Made by a program: the position numbers and the translations under genes. From NCBI GenBank assembly GCA_035450165.1, contig DAOTMI010000003.1:217-64216 (forward strand): 64,000 nt of DNA, written 5' to 3'. The DNA comes from Candidatus Woesebacteria bacterium. GTDB lineage: Bacteria > Patescibacteriota > Microgenomatia > UBA12405. The notes beneath the pieces are model-generated. The model had not been told where the DNA came from. It searched no databases and saw nothing but the letters and a program-made list of their open reading frames with translations. Positions 1-9,711 of this stretch are shown in pieces (the stretch's first letter is position 1; the number at the start of each line of letters is the position of its first letter).

Positions 1-1036
1 TTCGCAGAGCTTTAGCCTCAATCTGACGAATCCTCTCTCGAGTGACATTAAAAATCTTGCCAACTTCTTCAAGAGTTTTAGGAGTTTCCCCCATTAGACC
101 AAAACGCAGAGATAAAACCTTCATCTCCCGTTCATCCAAAGTTTTAATCACCTCCTCCACCGATTCCCGCAACAATTCCTTGCTGGTTTCTTCATATGGC
201 GATAATTGGGTGGTGTCTTCAATAAAATCACCCAAAAAGGAATCTTCGTCGTCGCCTACTGGGGTTGATAATGAAGTTGTATCTTGGGAAATCCGATAAA
301 TTTCTTCCACCTTGGATGTCGGCAGATCAACTTCCTTGGCAATCTGCTCAACAGTCGGTTCTTTGCTCAATTTCTGAGTTAAAGCCCGGGTAGCTTTGTA
401 AACTTTATTAATCGTTTCCACCATATGGACCGGAATTCGGATTGTTTTCGCCTGATCAGCGATCGCCCGGGTAATTGCCTGACGAATCCACCAGGTAGCA
501 TAAGTGGAAAACTTAAAACCCCGCCGCCAGTCAAACTTTTCTACCGCCCGCATTAATCCTTGATTACCTTCCTGAACTAAATCCAAAAAAGACAATCCTC
601 GACCAATATACTTTTTAGCGATAGACACAACTAATCTTAAATTGGCATTAATTAAAGCTTCGCGGGCTTTATGAGAGCCTTTTTCAATTTCCTTGGCCAA
701 AGCCACTTCTTCATCAAAAACCAACAAATCAATTTTCCCGATTTCCTTTAAATACATTCTAACCGAATCGACATTGCCTTTTTGACTTAAAAGAGCCAGT
801 AATTCGGAGGAACTTGATTTATCAGCTTCGATAGCTAAGGCTTGTTTGGACTCGATTTTATCAAAAATATCAATACCTTTATCAAAAAGAAAATTAAATA
901 AATCATCAACTTCTTTCAAATATTTTTCCGGTTCGGGAATCAGAGCCAAAATTTCATCATTAGTCAAATAATGAAGCTTTTTAGCCTGACGGACTAAATT
1001 CTGCTTAATTTTAGAAAAATCTAAGGACGCCGGCAT
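1..1036 (-). CDS. rpoD: RNA polymerase sigma-70 factor RpoD (partial; C-terminus lies beyond window start)
   Basis: Minus-strand translation from ATG at 1036 gives [20 protein letters not shown]...; region 2 [58 protein letters not shown] and region 4 VLSLRFGL...[25 protein letters not shown]. Not in the ORF track because it runs off the window edge. Confidence 0.9.
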   Translation of the reverse strand, partial: MPASLDFSKIKQNLVRQAKKLHYLTNDEILALIPEPEKYLKEVDDLFNFLFDKGIDIFDKIESKQALAIEADKSSSSELLALLSQKGNVDSVRMYLKEIGKIDLLVFDEEVALAKEIEKGSHKAREALINANLRLVVSIAKKYIGRGLSFLDLVQEGNQGLMRAVEKFDWRRGFKFSTYATWWIRQAITRAIADQAKTIRIPVHMVETINKVYKATRALTQKLSKEPTVEQIAKEVDLPTSKVEEIYRISQDTTSLSTPVGDDEDSFLGDFIEDTTQLSPYEETSKELLRESVEEVIKTLDEREMKVLSLRFGLMGETPKTLEEVGKIFNVTRERIRQIEAKALR

Positions 1037-2811
1037 TGTAATTGCGATAGTTTAACTAAGAGCTTATTATACTTTATTTCTAAGGTTTTTTGGCGGTTAT
1101 CCGGGTCATTCTTTTCCAACTGGGTGATCTCGGCCGCTAATTGACGTAATTGTTCCTTAACTTCTATAATTGTTAATTGATTAATTAATTTTTTAATTTC
1201 CAAATTAAGCCGATAAGTATCGAAATCGAAATTATGTGATTCCAAATAAACGTTTTGGAAAACACCGGTCAGTTCAGAGGAAAGTTGAGACTGAAAAGTG
1301 GCTGGGGAATATTTATCAACGACCAATAGCTTCTCTAGTAAACTCCGAAAACGCCGGGTGGTAAACTGATATTGTTTAGAAACCCGCCGGGCAACTAGTC
1401 GGGGGGATTTGGTCAGCAGGATTAAGGCGAGTAATCTTTCTTCCAGTTTTTCTTTTAAATTAGTTTGACTGATGTCCGCCGGCCGGTGGACATCAATCGC
1501 GGAAGTGGTAACAGGTAAAGTTGAAAGCGACAGCCGTTTCTGAAATTCCTGAAAAACAGCCTCCGGTTCGGAATTTAAAACATCGGCTAATTTTTTTAAA
1601 TAATCCGAACGAATGACTGTATTGCTTATTTTGGCAATAACAGGCAGAGAAAGGTCTAAAACTTGTTTTTTACCCCTAACCGAATCGACACCATAAAGTT
1701 TAACCGCCCAATTAATCACGAAATCACCGACAGATAAACAGTGGGCCAGTCGGTCTTGAAAAAAGGCTAAATCGCCTCTGACTGCCTCGTCGGGATCTTT
1801 AAATCTAGGAGAAAGGTCTAAAACCTTCAAGTCGAAACCCATTTTATCGGCCAGTTCAATACTACGTAAAATCGCGGTATTACCTGCAAAATCCGTATCG
1901 AGGGCTAAAATAAGGGTGTCGCTGAACCGATAAAGCAGCCGCAATTGATCTTCAGTAAAAGCTGTCCCTTTGACCGCTACTCCGTTTTTAATACCGGCCT
2001 GATAAGGCGAAATCATATCAAACTCACCTTCGGTAACTAAACAGGTCCGGGTTTGTCGAATAAAATTCTGGCTTAAGTTAAGACCATAAACCAATTCACT
2101 TTTGTGATAAATTTCAGTTTCCGGCGAATTAATATATTTGGCCTGATCCTGGGCGGCGCCGGGTAGAATTCGGCCGGAAAAACCACAAATCTCGCCCCGG
2201 TGATTAAATAAAGGAAAAATAAGACGATTTTTAAACCGATTATAAAGGCTATTGCTTTGACCTCGCAGAAAACAGCCGCCATCCACTAAATCCTGGTCAG
2301 TAAACCCCTTTTTTCTTAAAAAATGGATTAATAAATTATCATCCGCCGGGGCAAAGCCTAAAACAAATTCTTTCATGGTTTTAACCGCTATCTGTCGATC
2401 TTTTAAATATTTTAAACAATTTCTTCCTAAAGGATGGGATAAAAGGATATAGTGAAAGAAAATAGCGGTCTCTTTATTTAACCATAAAAGATGCTGGCGC
2501 CGGCGGCCGGCCTTATCAAATCCGACCCCGCTGGTCAGAGTTACTCCGGCCATTTTAGCTGCGGTTTCCAAGGCCTCTCTAAAATCGATTTTTTCAAATT
2601 CCTGTAAAAAGGTAAATAAATCCCCTCCTTTGCCGCAGCCAAAACATTTAAAAATCTGAAGCTCGGGAGAAACAATAAAAGAAGGCGTTTTTTCCTGATG
2701 AAAAGGGCAACAGGTAACAAAATGACGGCCGCGCTTTTTTAGGGGAACAAAATGACTAATTACCTTGACAATATCAAGCTTTTTCTTGATTTCTTCGACT
2801 TGATTCTCCAC
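1021..2811 (-). CDS. dnaG: DNA primase DnaG
   Basis: 596 aa; CHC2 zinc finger [12 protein letters not shown]...CFGCGKGGD; Toprim region EGEFDMIS...DTDFAGN; classic dnaG-rpoD order with a 16-nt overlap. Confidence 0.9.
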   Translation of the reverse strand: MENQVEEIKKKLDIVKVISHFVPLKKRGRHFVTCCPFHQEKTPSFIVSPELQIFKCFGCGKGGDLFTFLQEFEKIDFREALETAAKMAGVTLTSGVGFDKAGRRRQHLLWLNKETAIFFHYILLSHPLGRNCLKYLKDRQIAVKTMKEFVLGFAPADDNLLIHFLRKKGFTDQDLVDGGCFLRGQSNSLYNRFKNRLIFPLFNHRGEICGFSGRILPGAAQDQAKYINSPETEIYHKSELVYGLNLSQNFIRQTRTCLVTEGEFDMISPYQAGIKNGVAVKGTAFTEDQLRLLYRFSDTLILALDTDFAGNTAILRSIELADKMGFDLKVLDLSPRFKDPDEAVRGDLAFFQDRLAHCLSVGDFVINWAVKLYGVDSVRGKKQVLDLSLPVIAKISNTVIRSDYLKKLADVLNSEPEAVFQEFQKRLSLSTLPVTTSAIDVHRPADISQTNLKEKLEERLLALILLTKSPRLVARRVSKQYQFTTRRFRSLLEKLLVVDKYSPATFQSQLSSELTGVFQNVYLESHNFDFDTYRLNLEIKKLINQLTIIEVKEQLRQLAAEITQLEKNDPDNRQKTLEIKYNKLLVKLSQLQCRRP

Positions 2812-3815
2812 TGGCTTAGTTTAACACGAATGATAATCAGAGCTGAGATAAAAACACTAACTGAACCAGTAAAGGCAATTATTTTAACAAAAGAAAACTT
2901 AAACAGAGACAGGGTTAAAATTGGTATTAAAAATGACAACAGTAAAGAATGATCAGGTGAAAACCGAAAATCATGAAGAAAAACCTCTTCTAAACTAGTT
3001 AAAAAATTAAGACAGCCTTTAAAGGTTAACAAAATACCCAAAATAGCACTAATTTGACCTAATTTAGAACTAACTTTAAACAAGCCGCTCACCGTATCGG
3101 CGCTTAAATAAGAACCAGACAAAAGAATAACTGCTATAGTAAAAAGACCATAAGTTAAGGCCGCTAAAAGAGTTCCTAAGGCAGTTGCCCAGATTAGTTT
3201 AATTTTTTTATCTTTATCCTTGCTTAAAAGGCGTTCTACATCAGGGATAATTACAAAACCGGTCAGAGCAAAAACCAACGGTCCTAAAAAGGCATAATTA
3301 GATGATGGTAGAGTAAAATTAAAAGGAACTTTCAAAGAAGCGGCAAAAAGAAACAGGACAATTACCAATCCTGTTAATGGAATATAATGAGTGATTTTCC
3401 CAACTAGTCGGGAACCTTTAGCATGAAAAGCACCTAAAAAAGCAAGAAAAATTAATTGGCAAATTAGGAATGGTGAATTAGATAGGAGTAATTGAATAAA
3501 ACCGGTCCCGAGTTGAACATAAGCCGCCATTGCCCCCAAACCCAAAATTAACATATTGGCCAGAGCTAAAAAACCCCAAAACCGGCCAAGATAAATCCGG
3601 GCATAGCCGGGCAATTGATGATGACCAGAAGTATCCAAAATAATACTGACATAAAGACGGTCAAGAATAATCATCCCCAAAGTAATTATTACCAGTCCCA
3701 ATAAGGCGAAATAGAAATTAGACTGATAAAAAAGGAGAGGGAGAACAAAAATTCCCGCTCCAACAATACCGCTATAACGTTCTAAAACCGCTTTAATAAA
3801 ATTTGAGTCTATCAT
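2760..3815 (-). CDS. polytopic membrane protein, amino-acid-permease-like transporter
   Basis: 351 aa, about 10-11 hydrophobic helices. Overlaps the dnaG start, so the true start may be internal. Family assignment is tentative. Confidence 0.4.
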   Translation of the reverse strand: MIDSNFIKAVLERYSGIVGAGIFVLPLLFYQSNFYFALLGLVIITLGMIILDRLYVSIILDTSGHHQLPGYARIYLGRFWGFLALANMLILGLGAMAAYVQLGTGFIQLLLSNSPFLICQLIFLAFLGAFHAKGSRLVGKITHYIPLTGLVIVLFLFAASLKVPFNFTLPSSNYAFLGPLVFALTGFVIIPDVERLLSKDKDKKIKLIWATALGTLLAALTYGLFTIAVILLSGSYLSADTVSGLFKVSSKLGQISAILGILLTFKGCLNFLTSLEEVFLHDFRFSPDHSLLLSFLIPILTLSLFKFSFVKIIAFTGSVSVFISALIIIRVKLSQWRIKSKKSRKSLILSR

Positions 3816-4798
3816 TGACGGCGATTAACGACAAAATCGATAACCTGGGCTAACTGATCGCGGTAAGGCTGATGGACAAGAAAGGTTAATTCTTGATTAA
3901 AAATTTTTTTGGCCTTATTGGCAAATTTATTGGCCAAAGAATAGGCAAATTCCAAACTACCAGCCTTTTTTATCCTCTCCAGAAGAAAATTGATTTCTTC
4001 TTTGGTTTTTTCCTCCCGGGATTTAGATAAAATAGATAAAAGTTTTGAATCTTTATCTTTCCGGAGTAAATCAACCAAAATAACTGTCCGTTTACCCTCA
4101 TAGAGATCATTCCCGATTTGTTTTTTTTGACCGCCGAAATCGGAAGTTAAATCAAGATAATCGTCAATAATTTGATAAGATTTTCCCAAATATAGGCCAA
4201 ATTTGTAGAGAATTTGGAGTTGTTGGGGGGTAGCTCCGGCTAAAATCGCTCCTAATCTCATTGGTCCGGCAATAGTGTAATAACAGGTTTTTGACTCAAT
4301 AATCCGATAAACATCTTTCAAATTTAAATTAAAATTTTGATCTCGAATCCACTTAAGTTCAATTGTCTGACCCAACAAAGTTAGATTAAGAATACGACTA
4401 AACTCATCAAAAATTGTCGCATTTTTTAAACGGTAAATTAATTGCCAGTTGAGAGCCTGGAGAGTATCGCCGGCATTAATTGCCAAAGGGATGCCAAAAC
4501 GGCGATGAAGGGCTGGCGCCCCGCGGCGTTCTAAAGAATCGTCTTCAATATCATCATGGTTTAAAATCCAATCTTCAGAAATCTGGATAGCAGCAGCAGT
4601 AGCAATGGCCGCTGGCCGGTGAGGATCAAAACCCATAGCTCCAGCTGTGATTAAAACCAACGATGGCCGGAGATATTTCCCCTTCCTCCGGGGATAATCC
4701 ATGGTAATTTCCTGGTGAAAGCCCGAGGGTAAATTTTCCGATAAAAAATTTTCTATAAAGGGCCAGACCACCGCCTGATAACTATTTAGTAAATCCAT
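3812..4798 (-). CDS. polyprenyl diphosphate synthase (trans-isoprenyl diphosphate synthase family)
   Basis: 328 aa with both Asp-rich motifs: DDIEDDSLERRG (first DDxxD) and IIDDYLD (second). Confidence 0.85.
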   Translation of the reverse strand: MDLLNSYQAVVWPFIENFLSENLPSGFHQEITMDYPRRKGKYLRPSLVLITAGAMGFDPHRPAAIATAAAIQISEDWILNHDDIEDDSLERRGAPALHRRFGIPLAINAGDTLQALNWQLIYRLKNATIFDEFSRILNLTLLGQTIELKWIRDQNFNLNLKDVYRIIESKTCYYTIAGPMRLGAILAGATPQQLQILYKFGLYLGKSYQIIDDYLDLTSDFGGQKKQIGNDLYEGKRTVILVDLLRKDKDSKLLSILSKSREEKTKEEINFLLERIKKAGSLEFAYSLANKFANKAKKIFNQELTFLVHQPYRDQLAQVIDFVVNRRQ

Positions 4799-4825
4799 AA
4801 ATTATTATATACTGGAATAAGAAAT

Positions 4826-5167
4826 ATGTTGGAAAATAAAGAAAGATTACCAGTAACTACGCCGGAGCAATTGCCTCAGCCGCGGAAAACTTCAAAAGAA
4901 GTTATTGAAACCATAGAAAGAAAGGTTTTTGTCCCCAAGGAGGTTAAACCTTGGCTGGAAAAAATTGAGGAGGAGGAAAACCCAATTATACCAACGGTGT
5001 TACCGACCAGCCAGAAACCATATCTTAAGACAGTTTTACCCATAAGTAAGGAGGTTTTCCTAAAAGGCCTAAATCAAAAGGTCAGTGATGCCGGGCACTG
5101 GTTAGCCACTTTTGTTCTCAGAATAATTAAGATTAAAGGAGGTAGGGTCCAGTTCCAAGAAAAATAA
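4826..5167 (+). CDS. hypothetical protein, translationally coupled to the downstream ATPase
   Basis: 113 aa; stop TAA at 5165-5167 then ATG at 5170; no recognisable domain. Confidence 0.45.
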   Translation: MLENKERLPVTTPEQLPQPRKTSKEVIETIERKVFVPKEVKPWLEKIEEEENPIIPTVLPTSQKPYLKTVLPISKEVFLKGLNQKVSDAGHWLATFVLRIIKIKGGRVQFQEK

Positions 5168-5169
5168 TT

Positions 5170-7497
5170 ATGGAAATTCTGATCGATTGGCTTTGGCAAC
5201 TGGGAACAATCATTGCCGTTATTGCGGCTATTATTCTTTTGCTGGCCCTAGCCCTTTTTATTCTAATTATTTGGTGGCGGTCCAAAGATCGGGAAAAGGA
5301 ATCTCTTAAAATGGTTACTCTGCAGGTAGCAGTCCCTCAGGATAATGAAGTTAAAATCGACGCTATGGAACAAATTATTGCCACTTTTTCCAGCTTGCGT
5401 CAAAGCGGCCGCTTCAAATGGATGGAAAAATTTATCTATCAACCGGTAGTTTCTTTAGAAATAATCGGCACCAATAAGGATATTCGTTTTTATGTCTGTG
5501 TTCCGGAAAAGTACCGCGACCTAATTGAGAAACAGATTTTTGGTGTTTTCAATGGGGGCGATATTCAGGTAGTAGAAGAACCCAATATTTATACTGAAAA
5601 CGGCAAGGTTGAATATGCCTGGCTTGGATTAAAAAAAAGCCCATACTATCCATTAAAAACATACAAAGAGCTGGCAGTTGACCCACTGGCTGCCCTTACT
5701 TCGGCCTTATCAAAATTAAGCGAAAACGAAACGGCAATCATCCAACTAGTTATTTCTCCGGCTGACGGCCGCTGGGCCAAGGCCGGTCGCAGTTTTCTCA
5801 GTAGCACCAAAAAAAGCGAGGCTAATCCGGAAAAAGCCTCGTTTAAGATTGATGCCAAACAAATGGAGGCAATCGAAAACAAGATTGGTAAACAAGGTTT
5901 TGAAACTGCTATTAGAATTGTCTCAATTGCCCCTACAGCCGAAATTGCCAAGGTAAATATCGGTAATATCAAATCCTGCTTTACTCAATTTGAATCTCCC
6001 TACAACAAATTAACCAAAAAACCAATTCGGTTGAAAAATTTATTCATGCAGAATTTTATCTATAAATACCCAGTAATTTTCTGGCCGAAAGTACCGACTA
6101 TTTTGTCATCGGATGAAATAGCCTCCATTTTTCACTTTCCCAATAAAACCATAGAAACTCCTAATATTTTTTGGTTAAAATCAAGAAAGGCACCGGCACC
6201 AGCTGATACTCCCCTTAGTGGTATTTATATTGGTGATAATATTTACCGGGGAATTACCAAAAAATTTTATATGGGAGATATTGACCGCCAACGGCACTTT
6301 TATATTGTTGGTCAAACTGGTGTTGGTAAATCATGGCTTTTGGCCGATATGGCTCTCCAAGATATTAAGGCGGGTAAAGGAGTCTGTTTTATCGATCCTC
6401 ATGATACTTTTGAAAGCATTCTAGAAAGAATTCCGCCAGAACGGGCTGATGATGTTATCTATTTTGACCCCTCCAACACCGAGCGGCCAATGGGCTTCAA
6501 TGTCATGGAATGTGACAACGATGAACAAAAAGACTTTGTCACCTCTTCTATTATTAATCTGATGTATAAGCTTTACGATCCTTATAAAACTGGTATTGTC
6601 GGCCCCCGTTTTGAACACGCCATTAGAAATATCATGCTGACCGTAATGACGGAACCCGGGGCCACTTTTATTGAAGTCGTTCGTTGTTTAACTGATCCTG
6701 ATTATGTTCAGGAAATACTTCCTAAAGTAAAAGATCCAATGGTTAGGCGTTATTGGACTGATCAAATTGCCCAGACATCAGATTTTCATAAGTCGGAAGT
6801 TCTAGATTATATTGTTTCTAAATTTGGCCGCTTCGTTACTAACACGATGATGAGAAATATTATTGGTCAATCAAAATCGGCTTTTAATTTCCGCCAAGCT
6901 ATGGATGAAGGTAAAGTTTTAATTATTAACCTAGCTAAAGGAACTATTGGTGAAGAAAATTCATCTTTTTTGGGTTTGGTTTTAATTCCCAAGATTCTTA
7001 TCGCGGCTATGTCACGCCAGAATATTCCCGAAGAACAAAGGCGCGATTTTTATCTTTATGTTGATGAGTTTCAAAACTTTGCTACCCAAGATTTCGCCGT
7101 TATTCTTTCGGAAGCCCGAAAATACCATCTTAATCTTATCGTTGCCAACCAATTCATCTCCCAAATGGAGGATGAAGTTAAAAACGCTGTTTTTGGCAAC
7201 GTCGGCACTATCTGCAGTTTCCGACTAGGTATTGCCGACGCAAATTTTCTCCAAAAACAATATGCCCCAGTTTTTTCAGAAAAAGACCTGCTTAATTTAG
7301 GTACAGCCGAAACCTACCTAAAAACCCAGATTAATGGCGTTCCCCAAGATCCATTTTCAGTTAAAATTGCCGCTCTAGAGAGAAAGGCACCGGGTAATCC
7401 CAAATTGGCTGAAGATTTGAAAAAAATATCATCTCTAAAATATGGGGTAGCTCGGGAAATAGTTGAAAGTGAAATCGCTAAACGAGCCAGGTTATAG
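5170..7497 (+). CDS. membrane-anchored P-loop ATPase of the HerA/VirB4 (DUF87/AAA_10) superfamily
   Basis: 775 aa. N-terminal hydrophobic helix (IIAVIAAIILLLALALFILIIWW). Walker A FYIVGQTGVGKSW, followed by a HerA/VirB4-type FIDPHDTFE motif. Walker B LYVDEFQNF. VirB4-like versus HerA/FtsK-like cannot be resolved by eye. Confidence 0.5.
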   Translation: MEILIDWLWQLGTIIAVIAAIILLLALALFILIIWWRSKDREKESLKMVTLQVAVPQDNEVKIDAMEQIIATFSSLRQSGRFKWMEKFIYQPVVSLEIIGTNKDIRFYVCVPEKYRDLIEKQIFGVFNGGDIQVVEEPNIYTENGKVEYAWLGLKKSPYYPLKTYKELAVDPLAALTSALSKLSENETAIIQLVISPADGRWAKAGRSFLSSTKKSEANPEKASFKIDAKQMEAIENKIGKQGFETAIRIVSIAPTAEIAKVNIGNIKSCFTQFESPYNKLTKKPIRLKNLFMQNFIYKYPVIFWPKVPTILSSDEIASIFHFPNKTIETPNIFWLKSRKAPAPADTPLSGIYIGDNIYRGITKKFYMGDIDRQRHFYIVGQTGVGKSWLLADMALQDIKAGKGVCFIDPHDTFESILERIPPERADDVIYFDPSNTERPMGFNVMECDNDEQKDFVTSSIINLMYKLYDPYKTGIVGPRFEHAIRNIMLTVMTEPGATFIEVVRCLTDPDYVQEILPKVKDPMVRRYWTDQIAQTSDFHKSEVLDYIVSKFGRFVTNTMMRNIIGQSKSAFNFRQAMDEGKVLIINLAKGTIGEENSSFLGLVLIPKILIAAMSRQNIPEEQRRDFYLYVDEFQNFATQDFAVILSEARKYHLNLIVANQFISQMEDEVKNAVFGNVGTICSFRLGIADANFLQKQYAPVFSEKDLLNLGTAETYLKTQINGVPQDPFSVKIAALERKAPGNPKLAEDLKKISSLKYGVAREIVESEIAKRARL

Positions 7498-8361
7498 TTC
7501 CTTCAAATGAATACCTTTACTTTCCTCTTTAGAATCGATTAATTCCAAGTATTTTTCGGTAGTAGAAATCCGTTTGTGACCGGCTACTTGAGAGACAACA
7601 TCAATCGGTACTCCCGATTTTAACTGAAAAGCAATAAAAGTACTTCTCAAATCATTAACTTTTACTCCCTCCAAATCAGCCTTCTCAAAATAACGGTTAA
7701 GCAAACTTCGGATATTTCTAGCCAAAAGAGCTCGGCCAGACTTAGTCACAAAAACATTTTTCGACTTAGTTTCATAGCGGCCGCCTTCCAAGTAGCGTTT
7801 AATGGCTAATTTAGCTGAATTATTTAAAGGTACTTTTCGTTCACCATGACTCTCATAGCTCTCAATTATTAACTCGTTATCTTTGATATTATCCATCTTC
7901 AAATTTTCAATCTCTTTAATTCTTAAGCCGGCTTGAAGCATTAATTCCACCACTGCTGTTGCTCGAACATCATTCCGACAGGCATCACGAAGAGAACGAT
8001 ATTCAATCGGCTTTAAAATCCGGGGTAAATCATTCTCGTATTTAGGATGTTTAATCTCCGCTGAAGGGTTTTGGCTAATAATTCCCTGCTCAATCAAAAA
8101 ATTAAAAAAATTCTTAATAGAATTCAATTTTCGACTAATTGATTTAGCCGTATAATTGTTTTTAGCCAAATCATCCTTAAAACTATTAATATGGTCGGGG
8201 GTAACTGCCTTAGGATCGCTGATATGCAATTGGGCTTCTAAAAAGTTAACTAATTGGTTAATATCTCCCTTGTAGGCTATAATTGTATTGGTCGATTTGC
8301 CTTTCTTTCCTAGAGATAAGGCAAACATATTGAGTGCCTGAAGCAGGTTAGTTTCGGCCAT
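7492..8361 (-). CDS. tyrosine site-specific recombinase, XerC/XerD-like
   Basis: 289 aa. C-terminal catalytic signature ...RSTFIAFQLKSGVPIDVVSQVAGHKRISTTEKYLEL (R..HxxR..Y). N-terminal SAM-like core-binding domain. Size matches Xer rather than a phage integrase. Confidence 0.85.
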   Translation of the reverse strand: MAETNLLQALNMFALSLGKKGKSTNTIIAYKGDINQLVNFLEAQLHISDPKAVTPDHINSFKDDLAKNNYTAKSISRKLNSIKNFFNFLIEQGIISQNPSAEIKHPKYENDLPRILKPIEYRSLRDACRNDVRATAVVELMLQAGLRIKEIENLKMDNIKDNELIIESYESHGERKVPLNNSAKLAIKRYLEGGRYETKSKNVFVTKSGRALLARNIRSLLNRYFEKADLEGVKVNDLRSTFIAFQLKSGVPIDVVSQVAGHKRISTTEKYLELIDSKEESKGIHLKEL

Positions 8362-8404
8362 AATAGCTTATAGTAACATATCTTAGGACAAAATTCAAAT
8401 TTTT

Positions 8405-8620
8405 ATGAGATATTGGAAAACAATAATTTTAAACCTAATCTTAGCCTATATAGGCATAACGGCTATAATTAATATCATTAATCAATATAATCTTCTAAAA
8501 GGAGCAAAAAAAAGAAACAGTCAATTACAGGAACAAATTACCAAACTAATCCAAGAAAATGAAGAATTAAAACTTAAAATTAAGCAGGTTAACGGTGAGA
8601 CCTCGGCCAGCACCAAATAA
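8405..8620 (+). CDS. FtsB/DivIC-like septum formation initiator (small TM plus coiled-coil protein)
   Basis: 71 aa: one N-terminal TM helix followed by the heptad-like LQEQITKLIQENEELKLKIKQ. Confidence 0.45.
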   Translation: MRYWKTIILNLILAYIGITAIINIINQYNLLKGAKKRNSQLQEQITKLIQENEELKLKIKQVNGETSASTK

Positions 8621-8663
8621 ACAAAGACTGAATCTATTGAATTGCTTCACCACTGTCCAAAAA

Positions 8664-8693
8664 TGTAGAGACGCGCAATTGCGCGTCTCTACA
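8664..8693. terminator. perfect 30-bp palindrome TGTAGAGACGCGCAATTGCGCGTCTCTACA (13-bp arms, AATT centre); probable bidirectional terminator or operator
   Basis: Read directly. On the minus strand the hairpin is followed by TTTTTGG. On the plus strand it follows the ftsB-like stop. Confidence 0.5.
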
Positions 8694-8708
8694 TAAAAAC
8701 CCCGTTTG

Positions 8709-8737
8709 TTTACTAGTCAAAAAAAGTATGTTAGAAT
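8709..8737 (+). promoter_or_regulatory. sigma70-type promoter TTTACT-N17-TGtTAGAAT driving the tRNA-like gene
   Basis: -35 TTTACT at 8709-8714; 17-nt spacer; extended -10 TGtTAGAAT at 8729-8737; predicted TSS about 8744. Confidence 0.5.
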
Positions 8738-8756
8738 GGAAAGCTTTGCTCCAACA

Positions 8757-8826
8757 TGCGGGGTAGTGTACGGTTGCACGTGAGGCTCATAATCTCGCAG
8801 GCTAGGTTCAACTCCCAGCCCCGCAA
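8757..8826 (+). tRNA. non-canonical CAT-anticodon tRNA-like gene (Met/fMet/Ile2 class undetermined)
   Basis: Manual cloverleaf. Acceptor TGCGGGG/CCCCGCA (7 bp) closely resembling E. coli tRNA-fMet CGCGGGG/CCCCGCA. U8 A9; D stem GTGT/GCAC with loop ACGGTT. Anticodon stem with two G-U pairs, loop CTCATAA (U33, CAT, A37). T arm CTAGG-TTCAACT-CCCAG with one A-C mismatch. Discriminator A; CCA not encoded. Own promoter and terminator. Confidence 0.45.
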
Positions 8827-8837
8827 CACACAAAGAG

Positions 8838-8865
8838 GCTCTCATTAGTTTGAGGGCTTTTTTGT
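8838..8865 (+). terminator. rho-independent terminator after the tRNA-like gene
   Basis: Hairpin GCTCTCA-ttagtt-TGAGGGC followed by TTTTTTG. Confidence 0.5.
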
Positions 8866-8871
8866 TAAGAC

Positions 8872-9213
8872 TTAACAAGTTAAATGGAAAAGGCCAATTA
8901 CTTTCTTTTTAATCTTTAAAGCTTGATTAAAAATTTCAACAGCTTGGCCTGTTTTAGCAATAACGATATCTATTCCCACCCGGCTAATTCGATCTTTTAC
9001 CACCGGCTTAACTTTGGCAACTCCAGCTGCTCCAGTACCAATAACAATCAATTCCGGCTTGGCTGTAATTGCCGCTTTAATATCTTGAGTTCCAATGACA
9101 TGACTCACAGACCGTCGCCACGGTAAAACCTCACCACTCCATTTAACCAGAATATCTTCACTCACTAGCCTCCCGTCAATAACCATCAAACCAAAGGAAT
9201 AGCTGTCAATCAT
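8872..9213 (-). CDS. MTH938-like (DUF498) conserved hypothetical protein
   Basis: 113 aa; ...ELIVIGTGAAGVAKVKP...GIDIVIAKTGQAVEIFNQ... resembles the Mth938 domain. Start codon shares 9213 with the upstream gene's stop (coupled). Confidence 0.4.
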   Translation of the reverse strand: MIDSYSFGLMVIDGRLVSEDILVKWSGEVLPWRRSVSHVIGTQDIKAAITAKPELIVIGTGAAGVAKVKPVVKDRISRVGIDIVIAKTGQAVEIFNQALKIKKKVIGLFHLTC

Positions 9214-9491
9214 TAAAGGAGATAAATTTTATCTCCTTTTTCGACTTTCTGAACCACTTTCATTCCGATCACCTGACCGGCTTCAACTTTGTCTGTTCTC
9301 TGATGCTCGGTTTCCATCGATTCTACCGTTTGGGTAAAATCGGTCTTTCCCCCATCACTTTTAATATGGATGGTTTGACCAATTTCAATCGGCGCCAGAG
9401 CTTTAACAACGGCTACTCCTATTTTATCGTAATAATGGGTAATTTCACCCACTAATCTCTCTTCTTTTACCTCCATGATTAAGTATAACAC
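9213..9491 (-). CDS. small hypothetical protein (two-repeat beta-barrel-like)
   Basis: 92 aa; internal repeat IGVAVVKALAPIEIGQTIHIK / GQVIGMKVVQKVEKGDKIYL. Confidence 0.4.
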   Translation of the reverse strand: MLYLIMEVKEERLVGEITHYYDKIGVAVVKALAPIEIGQTIHIKSDGGKTDFTQTVESMETEHQRTDKVEAGQVIGMKVVQKVEKGDKIYLL

Positions 9492-9563
9492 AAATAATTC
9501 AAACCTGTTAATTGAGGGTAAAACAGAGTATTTTAAAACTCTTTGTTATAATAAACAGGTCAC

Positions 9564-9637
9564 GGCAGGGTAGCTCAGTTGGTTAGAGCGTAGCATTCAT
9601 AACGCTAAGGTCGTGGGTTCAATTCCCGCCCCTGCTA
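9564..9637 (+). tRNA. tRNA-Met (anticodon CAT), elongator-like
   Basis: Acceptor GGCAGGG/CCCTGCT (G1-U72 wobble). D arm TAGCTCAGTTGGTTAGAGC identical to E. coli elongator Met. Anticodon loop TTCATAA. T arm GTGGG-TTCAATT-CCCGC. Discriminator A. Confidence 0.85.
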
Positions 9638-9711
9638 CACGGTTTAATTTAAAATTTAAAATTCTTAATAAGAGTATTGAAAAATTGGATTTTAAAAATT
9701 GAAAATTAAAT

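Noticed and set aside
42-299. 85-aa plus-strand ORF at the window start
   Set aside because: Lies antisense inside the well-supported rpoD coding region; low-complexity S/T-rich translation; spurious.
5646-5972. 108-aa minus-strand ORF (also 6218..6424, 6421..6618)
   Set aside because: Nested inside or antisense to the 775-aa ATPase gene; no support.
7492-8361. Phage-type integrase interpretation of the tyrosine recombinase
   Set aside because: At 289 aa with no extended N-terminal arm-binding domain it fits chromosomal XerC/D better. No attachment-site repeats or phage genes were seen, though its juxtaposition with the ATPase is still flagged.
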